A stretch of DNA of 17,851 nucleotides from Candidatus Hydrogenedentota bacterium (GCA_046583315.1 JAYGCN010000255.1:1-17851); one strand, 5' to 3'; positions 1 to 7,073 are shown, counted from the stretch's first letter. Notes: a model not told the origin generated them from the sequence alone. Numbers and translations: made by a program.

Positions 1-254
1 TGATTGAGAAACACTCGCGCGCGGTTAGTGTTCGGGGATTGGGCCTACTTATTGCGCTCGAATTGGACGCGCCATCGAGTCAATTCGCCGACCGACTCCT
101 GTACCGGTGCCTCGAACTTGGATTGAATTTCAAGACGTCATCCGGACGGTACGTCATATTGACTCCACCGCTCACGGTCTCTGATGAAGAAGTGGATGAA
201 GCCATCGTGGTTTTGGACTCTGCTCTAACAGATCTCGGTGGAGAGTCTACATGA
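1..254 (+). CDS. Class-III PLP-dependent aminotransferase-family protein, C-terminal part (5'-truncated by the window); resembles PbfA, (R)-1-hydroxy-2-aminoethylphosphonate ammonia-lyase
   Basis: Frame is open from nt 3 (IEKHSRAVSVRGLGLLIALEL...LLYRCLELGLNFKTSSGRYVILTPPLTVSDEEVDEAIVVLDSAL). VRGxGL and LxPPL are class-III aminotransferase C-terminal motifs. LYRCLELGLxFK is what I recall from the phosphonate-cluster (PbfA) subgroup. TGA overlaps the next ATG (ATGA, 251-254). Confidence 0.8.
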   Translation, partial: IEKHSRAVSVRGLGLLIALELDAPSSQFADRLLYRCLELGLNFKTSSGRYVILTPPLTVSDEEVDEAIVVLDSALTDLGGEST

Positions 255-1456
255 AAGAAACCTATGCCGTAATTGGCGCAGGACCTCTCGGAAATTGTGC
301 TGCTAGAGCGCTTGCAGAGAAGCTTGCGTCACAATCGCGGCCGGCCAGGATCTATCTCGTCGATGCCAACGACCCTCTAAAACAAGAATTTGGCAACATG
401 TCCGCCTCAGGCCCCCATGCGGCTGGTCACCTCATGCTTCATGTGTTTGATCCGGAAAGTCCGGCCAAAGATTTGACACGTCGCTCTCATGAACTTCTCA
501 ATGGCATGCAGGAAGAAGGTGCGATCGACCTGCACTCCAGGCCTTGGATTTGCTGTACCGGAAACTCGTCATCTGAACTGGATAAGACAGCGCAAGATGT
601 ACTCGCGCAGTCATACTCTGAGGGACGATTGGAGAATTGTGAACTTGTAAAGGGCGTGGACATACCTGAAACAAACGGGCTTCGTCCAGACCAAGTAGCA
701 TGGGCGGTTCTTGATCCGACAACAATGGCAGTTAATCCTCGCGTCTTTGTTCAGTAACTCACAGAACGCGCCGTTCAACATCCTTCTGTCGAGCCTCTCT
801 TCAACACGCGAGTTATACGTTGTACGCACAACAAGATTGAAACCGAATGCGACGGCACGCTCACCGAGCGTCCAATCTCCGGTGTCATTCTATGCACAGG
901 AATTCACCGTGACCTATTTTCCGATGCGCTGCCCGATGGTCGCCCTGAATACTTGCACGTCACAGAGCATAAGAGCGATCAGCATACGCCTGAAGTCATG
1001 AATTTGATTACAGGAGAGACAACCATCGCGCGGTATGCGGGATTTGGGCCTCAGAGAAAACGCGTAACACCGCTCTTGCCGAACGACGTTCTAGAATACG
1101 GAATTCACGGTTTGCTCACGGACCTACCGGGGTTGCGCAGGATGCTGGATAGCCATTTCGATAACCCGGATACTGCCATTGCAACAGGCCACTTTGTGTG
1201 GCCGTTGTTGACTGAAACGATAGGTCGATACGTACAGCCAGAGATGCTTCTCGGACACGCGTCCAGCACCCTCACGGCCAATCAGACCTACGTGTCGGCT
1301 TACAACAAACTACTGGATAGCGATGGACCCTTTCTCCATCAACTAGAGGTGGATTTACCTACTGTCTATGTACAACCCAGCAACGGGCTCGGCCTTAGCC
1401 AGTGCGCAGCATTGGCTGCTGATGCTGCATCTTTACTCGCAGAAATCTCAGGCTAA
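251..1456 (+). pseudogene. FAD-dependent oxidoreductase (DAO/glycine oxidase-like), ~401 aa, interrupted by one in-frame TAA at 755-757
   Basis: N-terminal Rossmann motif YAVIGAGPLG; ASGPHAAGH segment; VNPRVFVQ*LTERAV; VILCTG; C-terminal SNGLGLSQCAALA. ORFs 251-757 and 953-1456 share a frame (953-251=702) and 758-952 is open. GGAG at 241-244. Confidence 0.75.
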
Positions 1457-1471
1457 TCAAGTATTGTGAAG

Positions 1472-1648
1472 GATGTGGGCGTTGTTTTTATAGCCGGTGA
1501 CTTTTAGTCAATATTGGCAGACTATTTTCGAATTTCGGCCAGACTCTAGAGTTGTCGATCACGCAACCGAATTCGTCTCAAAAAATCAATTTACGCATTC
1601 GATTTGGTGCGTTTTCGACGTTGACGGAGTTTTTTTCAACCTTACGGG
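1472..1648 (-). repeat. Dispersed non-coding repeat, copy A (MITE/REP-like), inverted relative to copy B
   Basis: Reverse complement of 1488-1575 aligns without gaps to 4659-4746 at 65/88 nt (hand count). The minus-strand 5' end CCCGTAAGGTTGAAAAAAACTCC resembles the motifs at 4410, 4577 and 6509. Confidence 0.75.
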
Positions 1649-1666
1649 GAAGAAACGGATCGAGCT

Positions 1667-2944
1667 TCACCGGCGGATTGTTAGCGCAACAAGACTGCTC
1701 GCGATGCACGCCGTCGAGACAATCGGGAAGACCAAGGCGGTGTTATTACCGTTTGATTCGATCATCCATCCGATGAACGGTTCTCCAAATCCAGCGAAGA
1801 TATAGGCGAACATATTCATAATTCCCGTACCAGTACCCGCTCGTTGATGGCCCAGCATATCCGGGCATAATGCCCAAAAGGCGGATTGTGGTCCGTAGGC
1901 GAAAAAACCCGTAAGGAATAAGATTGCAATACCCGCGGGATGATCTCGTGGAAGAAAGTACATTGTCAGAGAGGAAAACGCCGCCAGTACCATGAACAAC
2001 ACTATGACTCTCGAGCGGTTCGAGCGGAACAGACGATCCGACAACCATCCGCTCATGAGTGCACCAAGAGCCATTCCAACGGGTAGTGCAATACTGATCC
2101 ACTTGGTATCGGAGTTCTTCCAGTCTTCACCCAGAAAATATACAGGCACCCAGATCAACAGACCGTATCGCGCCATGCTCTGAAATCCAATTGCTATCGA
2201 TGCGAAAATAAACCGACGGTTCGCGAATACAAGTTTGTACCGTTGCAACGATGTTTCCTCAGACTCGTCGTTTCCACTGTCTAAAGAATCGTTTTTGCCC
2301 GATTGTATTGGGTCATCTTCGTCATAATCCAGTGCAGGGAATCCCAGATTCTGCGGTCGGTCGCGCGCGATCAGGTAGTAGGCAACGCCTCCGACCAACA
2401 GCAGCAACACCGGTAATCGAAAAATCCATCGCCAGCCGAGGCCGAACTCCAGAATCAACGCTGACGTTGTAAAAGCGAGCACCGATGACATGCCTGCCGC
2501 GAAAACGTAGAGGCCGTAGACTTTGCCCCGTTCTCTGTGACCCCACCAATTTGATATCACGCGGCTGCCGGGTGCCCATCCCATCGACTGGGCATAACCG
2601 TTTACCGACCATGGAATAATTAGACCCATCAGGTTTGTACCGAAGCTCGTACACCAGTTCAATCCGCAGGAGAACACCGCCCCGGTGCTCATCATACGTC
2701 GTCCTCCAAATTTGTCGCCGAGGTTTCCATTGATGGATTGACCAACGGCGTAGCTCCACAGCAGCGCCGTGCTGGCCCACCCAAGAGATATTTTTGAAAT
2801 CCCTAACTCTTCTTGAATCCCAGGAATCGCAAAGCCGAACGTCTGCCGACCCGTATAAAAAAACAGGTAGCAGAACATCGTCGCCAGCAGTATTCGCCAC
2901 TGGGCAATGCGAAATCGAGATGAACTGTCACTAAGAGCGTCCAA
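1667..2944 (-). CDS. MFS transporter, organophosphate:Pi antiporter (OPA; GlpT/UhpC-like) family
   Basis: About 12 hydrophobic segments; YLFFYTGRQTF, GNLGDKFGGRR, GYAQSMGWAP, WWGHRERG, GWLSDRLFRSNR and GFFAYGPQ are GlpT/UhpC-type motifs. Start placed at TTG 2944 (GGAG ~6 nt upstream); the ORF track extends to ATG 2992. Confidence 0.9.
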   Translation of the reverse strand: MDALSDSSSRFRIAQWRILLATMFCYLFFYTGRQTFGFAIPGIQEELGISKISLGWASTALLWSYAVGQSINGNLGDKFGGRRMMSTGAVFSCGLNWCTSFGTNLMGLIIPWSVNGYAQSMGWAPGSRVISNWWGHRERGKVYGLYVFAAGMSSVLAFTTSALILEFGLGWRWIFRLPVLLLLVGGVAYYLIARDRPQNLGFPALDYDEDDPIQSGKNDSLDSGNDESEETSLQRYKLVFANRRFIFASIAIGFQSMARYGLLIWVPVYFLGEDWKNSDTKWISIALPVGMALGALMSGWLSDRLFRSNRSRVIVLFMVLAAFSSLTMYFLPRDHPAGIAILFLTGFFAYGPQSAFWALCPDMLGHQRAGTGTGIMNMFAYIFAGFGEPFIGWMIESNGNNTALVFPIVSTACIASSLVALTIRR

Positions 2945-3046
2945 ATGAGACTCCAATCTGTATTGAATAATACTCGAACGAGAGTAGACCATTCGCTCTC
3001 AACATGTCTGACGTTCCGCGGTACAAGCGACAATTCGACTCGACAT

Positions 3047-3208
3047 CATCGATTGCTTTTGATTAAGAGTTCATCATATCGATGGGATCTACTTCAAATG
3101 CGATCGATCTGTGGAGGCATCGAATCAATTTCAAAGTGTGTGATATAGTGCATGTTTAATCAATACAAGTCGCTTTTTCAGAGCGCTCAACTCAATTCGC
3201 AATCGATG
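3047..3208. promoter_or_regulatory. Divergent promoter region with repeated ATCGAT boxes (candidate regulator sites)
   Basis: ATCGAT at 3048, 3078, 3103 and 3202, ATCGAA at 3119. CATCGATTGC (3047-3056) and GCAATCGATG (3199-3208) are exact inverted copies. Confidence 0.35.
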
Positions 3209-3216
3209 CTTAGACT

Positions 3217-4374
3217 ATGACTAAATCTCACCAGCCTACTAGTCGTGACGACTCGATGGTCTATGACGGGTTGGATCGTGTCAGTGAAATTCTCGATCAA
3301 TTGTCTTGCACATCAATTTTACTCGTCGCCGATCCTGTTGCCTACGAACAATCGGGCGCGAGTCACTCGTTGGAGCAGGTATTGGAATCGCGCAAGGTCG
3401 AGATATTCAGCGAATTTACCCCGAACCCTTCTCTGGAAGCGTTAGTGGATGGAATTCGTCACTACCATTCTGTCCAGCCAGACGCGATTGTTGCCGTGGG
3501 TGGAGGTACGGCGATCGATTTGGCCAAACTGATAGGGTTCTGCGCGATGCAGGCAGTCGACCCGGCTGACCTGATCAAAAATCCTCTAAGTAATCCTCGC
3601 AAGGGAGTTCCAGTAATCGTCGTGCCTACCACAGCCGGGACCGGTAGCGAGGCAACTCATTTTGCGGTTGTATATCTTGAAGGCCGAAAATATTCAGTGG
3701 CACACAGCTATTTGTTGCCAGATTTTGCGATTCTCGATTCTACCCTGACGAACACGATGCCTCCGAATATCACAGCAAATACAGGATTGGATGCGCTCTG
3801 CCAGGCGATTGAATCGATGTGGAGCGTTCACTCTACTGTGGAATCAATCGCATATGCAACCGAGTCAATTCAGCTGGCGTGGCGACATCTCGAGCCAGCT
3901 GTTCAGCACCCGACTGAGGAGGATCGCCAGGCGATGTGCCAAGCCGCGCACTTGGCGGGCAAGGCAATAAACATCTCGAAAACAACTGCGCCCCATGCAA
4001 TCTCTTATACGATCACATCACAATTTGGGGTAGTCCACGGGAGCGCTGTTGCCCTCACACTCGGCGCCGTGCTCGCATTCAACGACGAGGTCTCGGATTC
4101 GGATTGCTCCGATGACCGCGGCGCCGACTATGTGCGTCGGATCGTTGACGATATCGTACACCTGCTCGGTTTCGAAACGTCCCAGAGCGCGGTACATGGC
4201 TTTCGGGACCTTTTGACGGCGCTTGACTGTCCGACAAGATTATCCGAAGTCGGCGCCACGACCGACGAACAGATCGAGGATATCGCCTCGCGAGTCAATG
4301 TGGATCGATTGTCCAATAACCCACGCCGTTTTACGCCGGAATCACTTCTAATGATATTGCATTTGATTCGTTGA
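3217..4374 (+). CDS. Iron-containing (group III) alcohol dehydrogenase, phosphonoacetaldehyde reductase / hydroxyethylphosphonate dehydrogenase (HEPD)-like
   Basis: PNPS, AVGGGTAIDLAK, VPTTAGTGSEATHFAV, GLDALCQAIES, AGKAINISKTTAPHAISY, GVVHG and RLSNNPR. INISKTTAPHAISY and RLxNNP are features I associate with the HEPD subfamily; the phosphonate-like neighbours agree. Confidence 0.85.
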   Translation: MTKSHQPTSRDDSMVYDGLDRVSEILDQLSCTSILLVADPVAYEQSGASHSLEQVLESRKVEIFSEFTPNPSLEALVDGIRHYHSVQPDAIVAVGGGTAIDLAKLIGFCAMQAVDPADLIKNPLSNPRKGVPVIVVPTTAGTGSEATHFAVVYLEGRKYSVAHSYLLPDFAILDSTLTNTMPPNITANTGLDALCQAIESMWSVHSTVESIAYATESIQLAWRHLEPAVQHPTEEDRQAMCQAAHLAGKAINISKTTAPHAISYTITSQFGVVHGSAVALTLGAVLAFNDEVSDSDCSDDRGADYVRRIVDDIVHLLGFETSQSAVHGFRDLLTALDCPTRLSEVGATTDEQIEDIASRVNVDRLSNNPRRFTPESLLMILHLIR

Positions 4375-4407
4375 CTAAACTGAAAACCGTCGGCTATGTC
4401 TACGTGT

Positions 4408-4435
4408 CGGTAGGGTCAAAAAACTCCACTCAACT
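4408..4435 (+). repeat. Repeat-family end motif, copy C
   Basis: GTAGGGTCAAAAAACTCC at 4410-4427, ~35 nt after the ADH stop; near-identical to 4578-4593. Confidence 0.6.
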
Positions 4436-4575
4436 CTTTGTGTCCGAAGATCGTCTTAAGTCTGATCTGGGATATATGTATTCCGAAATAGTGGGAATTG
4501 AAAAATCGAGTTAGAAACCTATGGAGACCTGGAAACAGATGACGTTTTTTGAAGATAAATTGCTCGCTCTGATGG

Positions 4576-4760
4576 GCGTAGGGTCAAAAAACTCGGCCGA
4601 ACTCAGAAATATCTCCAAAATGTGAACTGACATAAGATGAAAATCTTGAATGTGATGGCGAATTCGGTTACGTTGCATGGAAATCTATCTTTCGGCCGAA
4701 ATTCAAAAATGGCCTGTCAATATTGACCAAAAGTTGCCAACTATAATAATAACACGCTCA
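4576..4760 (+). repeat. Dispersed non-coding repeat, copy B (MITE/REP-like)
   Basis: Begins CGTAGGGTCAAAAACTC (4577-4593); 4659-4746 is homologous to the reverse complement of 1488-1575; contains the perfect palindrome GTCAATATTGAC (4716-4727). Confidence 0.75.
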
Positions 4761-4830
4761 TAAATCTGGATTCGGAATTTACGCAAGAGATAGGCAAGGA
4801 TGAGGGTCTCGAACCAACAAGGCGGTAGGT

Positions 4831-6054
4831 TTATCGAAACGCCCATGCCGTCACTGTATTCTGATCTTGGATGTACACGCGATCACCTGACACGACGGGA
4901 TGGGCATAGGTCGGAGAGTCAGAGATGGGGTACTGAGCCAACCGGGAGTAATGGGTGCCCGACGGTTCATAGATGGTGAGCACCCCATTGCTTGGCAGCG
5001 CGAAGAGGGCCGATTCCGTATACACGATTGAACCAAAGCGCTCGTGCCGCGCCTCGTCCGTCCAAAGAACCGCGCCTGTCATGGCATCCAGACAATAGAG
5101 ATGTGTGCGATCCGACAGACCGAAAAGGAGGTTGCTGAAACCAACGGGCGTATTGAATGCAGTACTGAGTTTTTCATTTGACCAGAGCGGGGTGGCCCGA
5201 TATCCGTCCTCGACTATTTCCACGCGAACAGCATGCACGCCTCTTTTCTGAGCGGAATAGATTACGGTTTGCCCAAGGACAACCGGTGTCGCGGAGTTCG
5301 TGGACATCCTGGGTACGGGGAACGGAACCTGCCACAGGAGTTTTCCGTCTGTTGCGGAAATGCCCACCAGATTCTGGTCCGTCAGTGCGACGATCTGATT
5401 TCGACCTTCAACAGTCAGGACGGTGGGCGACGCGTAAGCTGGGGGATCGCCTTCCCAACGCCAGACTTCGCTTCCGTCGTCCAGGTTGTATGCAATGATC
5501 GCCCCCGCCTTGTTCCCTCCTAACTGAGCAACGCAGGTATTTTCAACGATTAGGGGCGAGGCAGAGGTGTAATAATCAGAATACTCGCCTGGAAACTCAT
5601 CCTTGCGCCAAACCACTTCACCACTTTCGGCGTTCAGACATGTGAGTACCCCGGCCACTCCAATCGTCACCACTTTTCCATGGACAACAGCCGGTGAACT
5701 TCTGGGGCCGGAATGCGATCGCGCCCCACCTTTTATCTCGATGGAGTCGTACTCGTTGCGCCACAGTTCCACACCGTTCTCCGTGTTCAAGCATCGCGTG
5801 ATTTCCTTGCTTTCTTGTCTGGAGAACGTGTAAAGCCGTCCGTCAACGAGAGCAGGAGTCGCATCGCCAGAGCCTACGACCACATCCCACGATTTGGTCA
5901 GACCATCGGGCCACCGTTCTGGAGCGATAAAACCGGATACGTGGCCGTCGTGATTGGCCCCTCTCCATTGAGGCCAATCTTGTGCATGGCTGTTGAACGC
6001 ACTGACGAGCAGGAAGGTTATCGTCATGAGGGAATTATGGCGATTGAATTTCAT
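4831..6054 (-). CDS. Secreted PQQ-binding-like beta-propeller repeat protein (BamB/PQQ_2-like)
   Basis: Signal peptide followed by QDWPQWRG; repeated blades of the type CLNxExGxxxW; SSPAV, ASPLI and AHPVVSGDRVYI. Likely start ATG 6054 (AAAGG upstream); the ORF track extends to GTG 6096. Confidence 0.88.
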   Translation of the reverse strand: MKFNRHNSLMTITFLLVSAFNSHAQDWPQWRGANHDGHVSGFIAPERWPDGLTKSWDVVVGSGDATPALVDGRLYTFSRQESKEITRCLNTENGVELWRNEYDSIEIKGGARSHSGPRSSPAVVHGKVVTIGVAGVLTCLNAESGEVVWRKDEFPGEYSDYYTSASPLIVENTCVAQLGGNKAGAIIAYNLDDGSEVWRWEGDPPAYASPTVLTVEGRNQIVALTDQNLVGISATDGKLLWQVPFPVPRMSTNSATPVVLGQTVIYSAQKRGVHAVRVEIVEDGYRATPLWSNEKLSTAFNTPVGFSNLLFGLSDRTHLYCLDAMTGAVLWTDEARHERFGSIVYTESALFALPSNGVLTIYEPSGTHYSRLAQYPISDSPTYAHPVVSGDRVYIQDQNTVTAWAFR

Positions 6055-6105
6055 TGGTTTACCTTTCATTTTTTCCTGTCGTTCGCCGACCGGCACGCCA
6101 ACTAT

Positions 6106-6216
6106 TTATTTATTGTTCTTCTTATCCCTCTTATCTTTTCGTTTTTCCTTCGGAGTACGTTTGGCCTTTTTCTGTTGTTCTTTTTTCCCTTTGTCCTTTT
6201 TTCCCGTATCACCCAT
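6106..6216 (-). CDS. Small highly basic Lys-rich protein, 36 aa (MGDTGKKDKGKKEQQKKAKRTPKEKRKDKRDKKNNK)
   Basis: ATG 6216 to TAA 6106-6108; AAGGAG (6230-6225) lies 8 nt upstream; 15 Lys plus 3 Arg. Too short to appear in the ORF track. Confidence 0.7.
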   Translation of the reverse strand: MGDTGKKDKGKKEQQKKAKRTPKEKRKDKRDKKNNK

Positions 6217-6461
6217 AACTTGTTCTCCTTGTCACTTAGATATCAGATTACCGATTGCGATTGCGTTGCATCGGAACTTTCCCCTACGGATTCCGATTGT
6301 AGTGCAGAGTTTTCATAAGTATACATCATAAGGAAGAATCAAACCTTCAAAGAGGGTAACGTAATCGCCATTCCCCATGTCGGCGAGCTACACCATCACT
6401 ACGCGAGGGAAGCAGCATGAGCCTAAATACAAACGCGGATCAGTTTTCGGGACCCACAGCG

Positions 6462-6486
6462 TGGTGGAGAGTAAAGAGTACGAACC
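6462..6486 (-). other. Degenerate tRNA/tmRNA 3'-end-like fragment (possible att-site remnant)
   Basis: Minus strand reads GG-TTCGTAC-TCTTT-ACTCTCC-A-CCA, the canonical T-loop(7)/T-stem(5)/acceptor(7)/discriminator/CCA spacing, but no pairing 5' half is present. Confidence 0.35.
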
Positions 6487-6508
6487 GAAGGTATTGTTTT
6501 CCTTATAC

Positions 6509-6575
6509 CCGTAGGGTCAGAAGAGTCCGCCGAGATATTTTCAGTCCTAAAAATCGGCGTGTTCTGACTTTATCG
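6509..6575. mobile_element. 67-bp palindromic mini-element (MITE/REP-like), copy D of the CGTAGGGTCA family
   Basis: CCGTAGGGTCAGAA ... TTCTGACTTTATCG imperfect terminal inverted repeats (10/14); internal stem CGCCGA/TCGGCG. Confidence 0.5.
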
Positions 6576-6623
6576 ATCCAATTGGTGGTGTTTAGATACG
6601 CGACGAACTGATTCTCACCTGAA

Positions 6624-6824
6624 TTCCCTGCGAACAGGGAAAAGAACAGGGAATTTTGCCAGATTTCGGACGAATTTATCTACCCATATAGGCTAATAGC
6701 CCTGTCCTGACTGGCAATTCGTAGGTTTGGGCAGTTCGAGCCTCAAAATTAACAGGGGTTTCAAATTGGGCAACAGGGAAATTAAATCTGATAACTAGGG
6801 AAGTCGAAATCGTGATCAAGGGAA
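6624..6824 (+). repeat. AACAGGGAA direct/inverted repeat array
   Basis: TTCCCTG 6624; AACAGGGAA 6633, 6645 and 6772; AACAGGGG 6751; AACTAGGGAA 6793; ATCAAGGGAA 6815. The last four copies are spaced 21-22 nt apart. Confidence 0.75.
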
Positions 6825-7073
6825 GGTCTTGAGCGCGATACTCAATTTTCGCGGCAGATCGGTTATTCTCGCTATTCTACATTCGAATTTCAAAGAACAG
6901 TCAACAGGAGAGCTCCGCCCTCTTGCTCAAATTCGTTCCGTTCTGTCTTTCATCGCGTCATAGACTCGATGTTTTCCATTGCAAATCACTGCCAATCGTG
7001 TTACCTTCGCCACAAGCTGCACTCAGTATCATACTGAAAAGCGCCCGACGACATTTTTAACATCCTCGTTGCC

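Noticed and set aside
755..757. Stop-codon recoding (alternative genetic code, selenocysteine or pyrrolysine) at the internal stop
   Set aside because: The codon is TAA, not TGA or TAG, and TAA ends several intact genes in this window. Mutation or sequencing error is simpler.
1497..1805. 102-aa + strand ORF (and the nested 1552-1776 ORF)
   Set aside because: It is made of non-coding repeat copy A plus the antisense of the MFS 3' end, with no recognisable motif.
4723..4747. Sigma70-like promoter TTGACC...TATAAT
   Set aside because: The spacer is only 13 nt, it points into the 3' end of a convergent gene, and it lies inside the repeat.
4576..4760. Integron attC interpretation of the hairpin repeats
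   Set aside because: No RYYYAAC...GTTRRRY boxes at the stem ends, the copies are inverted rather than tandem, and no integron integrase is present.
5713..6331. Phe-rich, membrane-looking + strand ORFs (5713-6318, 5993-6331)
   Set aside because: They are antisense shadows of the beta-propeller gene and the Lys-rich small ORF (AAA codons read as TTT).
6410..6490. Intact tRNA gene
   Set aside because: Only a T-loop-to-CCA-like segment is present; the T-stem and acceptor stem have no pairing partners and no anticodon arm is visible.
6583..6608. Third tRNA-3'-like fragment (TGGTGG...CGAAC)
   Set aside because: Spacing is off by 1-2 nt from canonical and the sequence is too degenerate to call.
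6417..6611. 64-aa ORF
   Set aside because: It runs across the tRNA-like fragment and the palindromic mini-element and has no protein motif.
6624..6824. CRISPR array
   Set aside because: Repeats are ~9 nt with ~12-nt gaps, far below CRISPR repeat/spacer sizes, and there are no cas genes.
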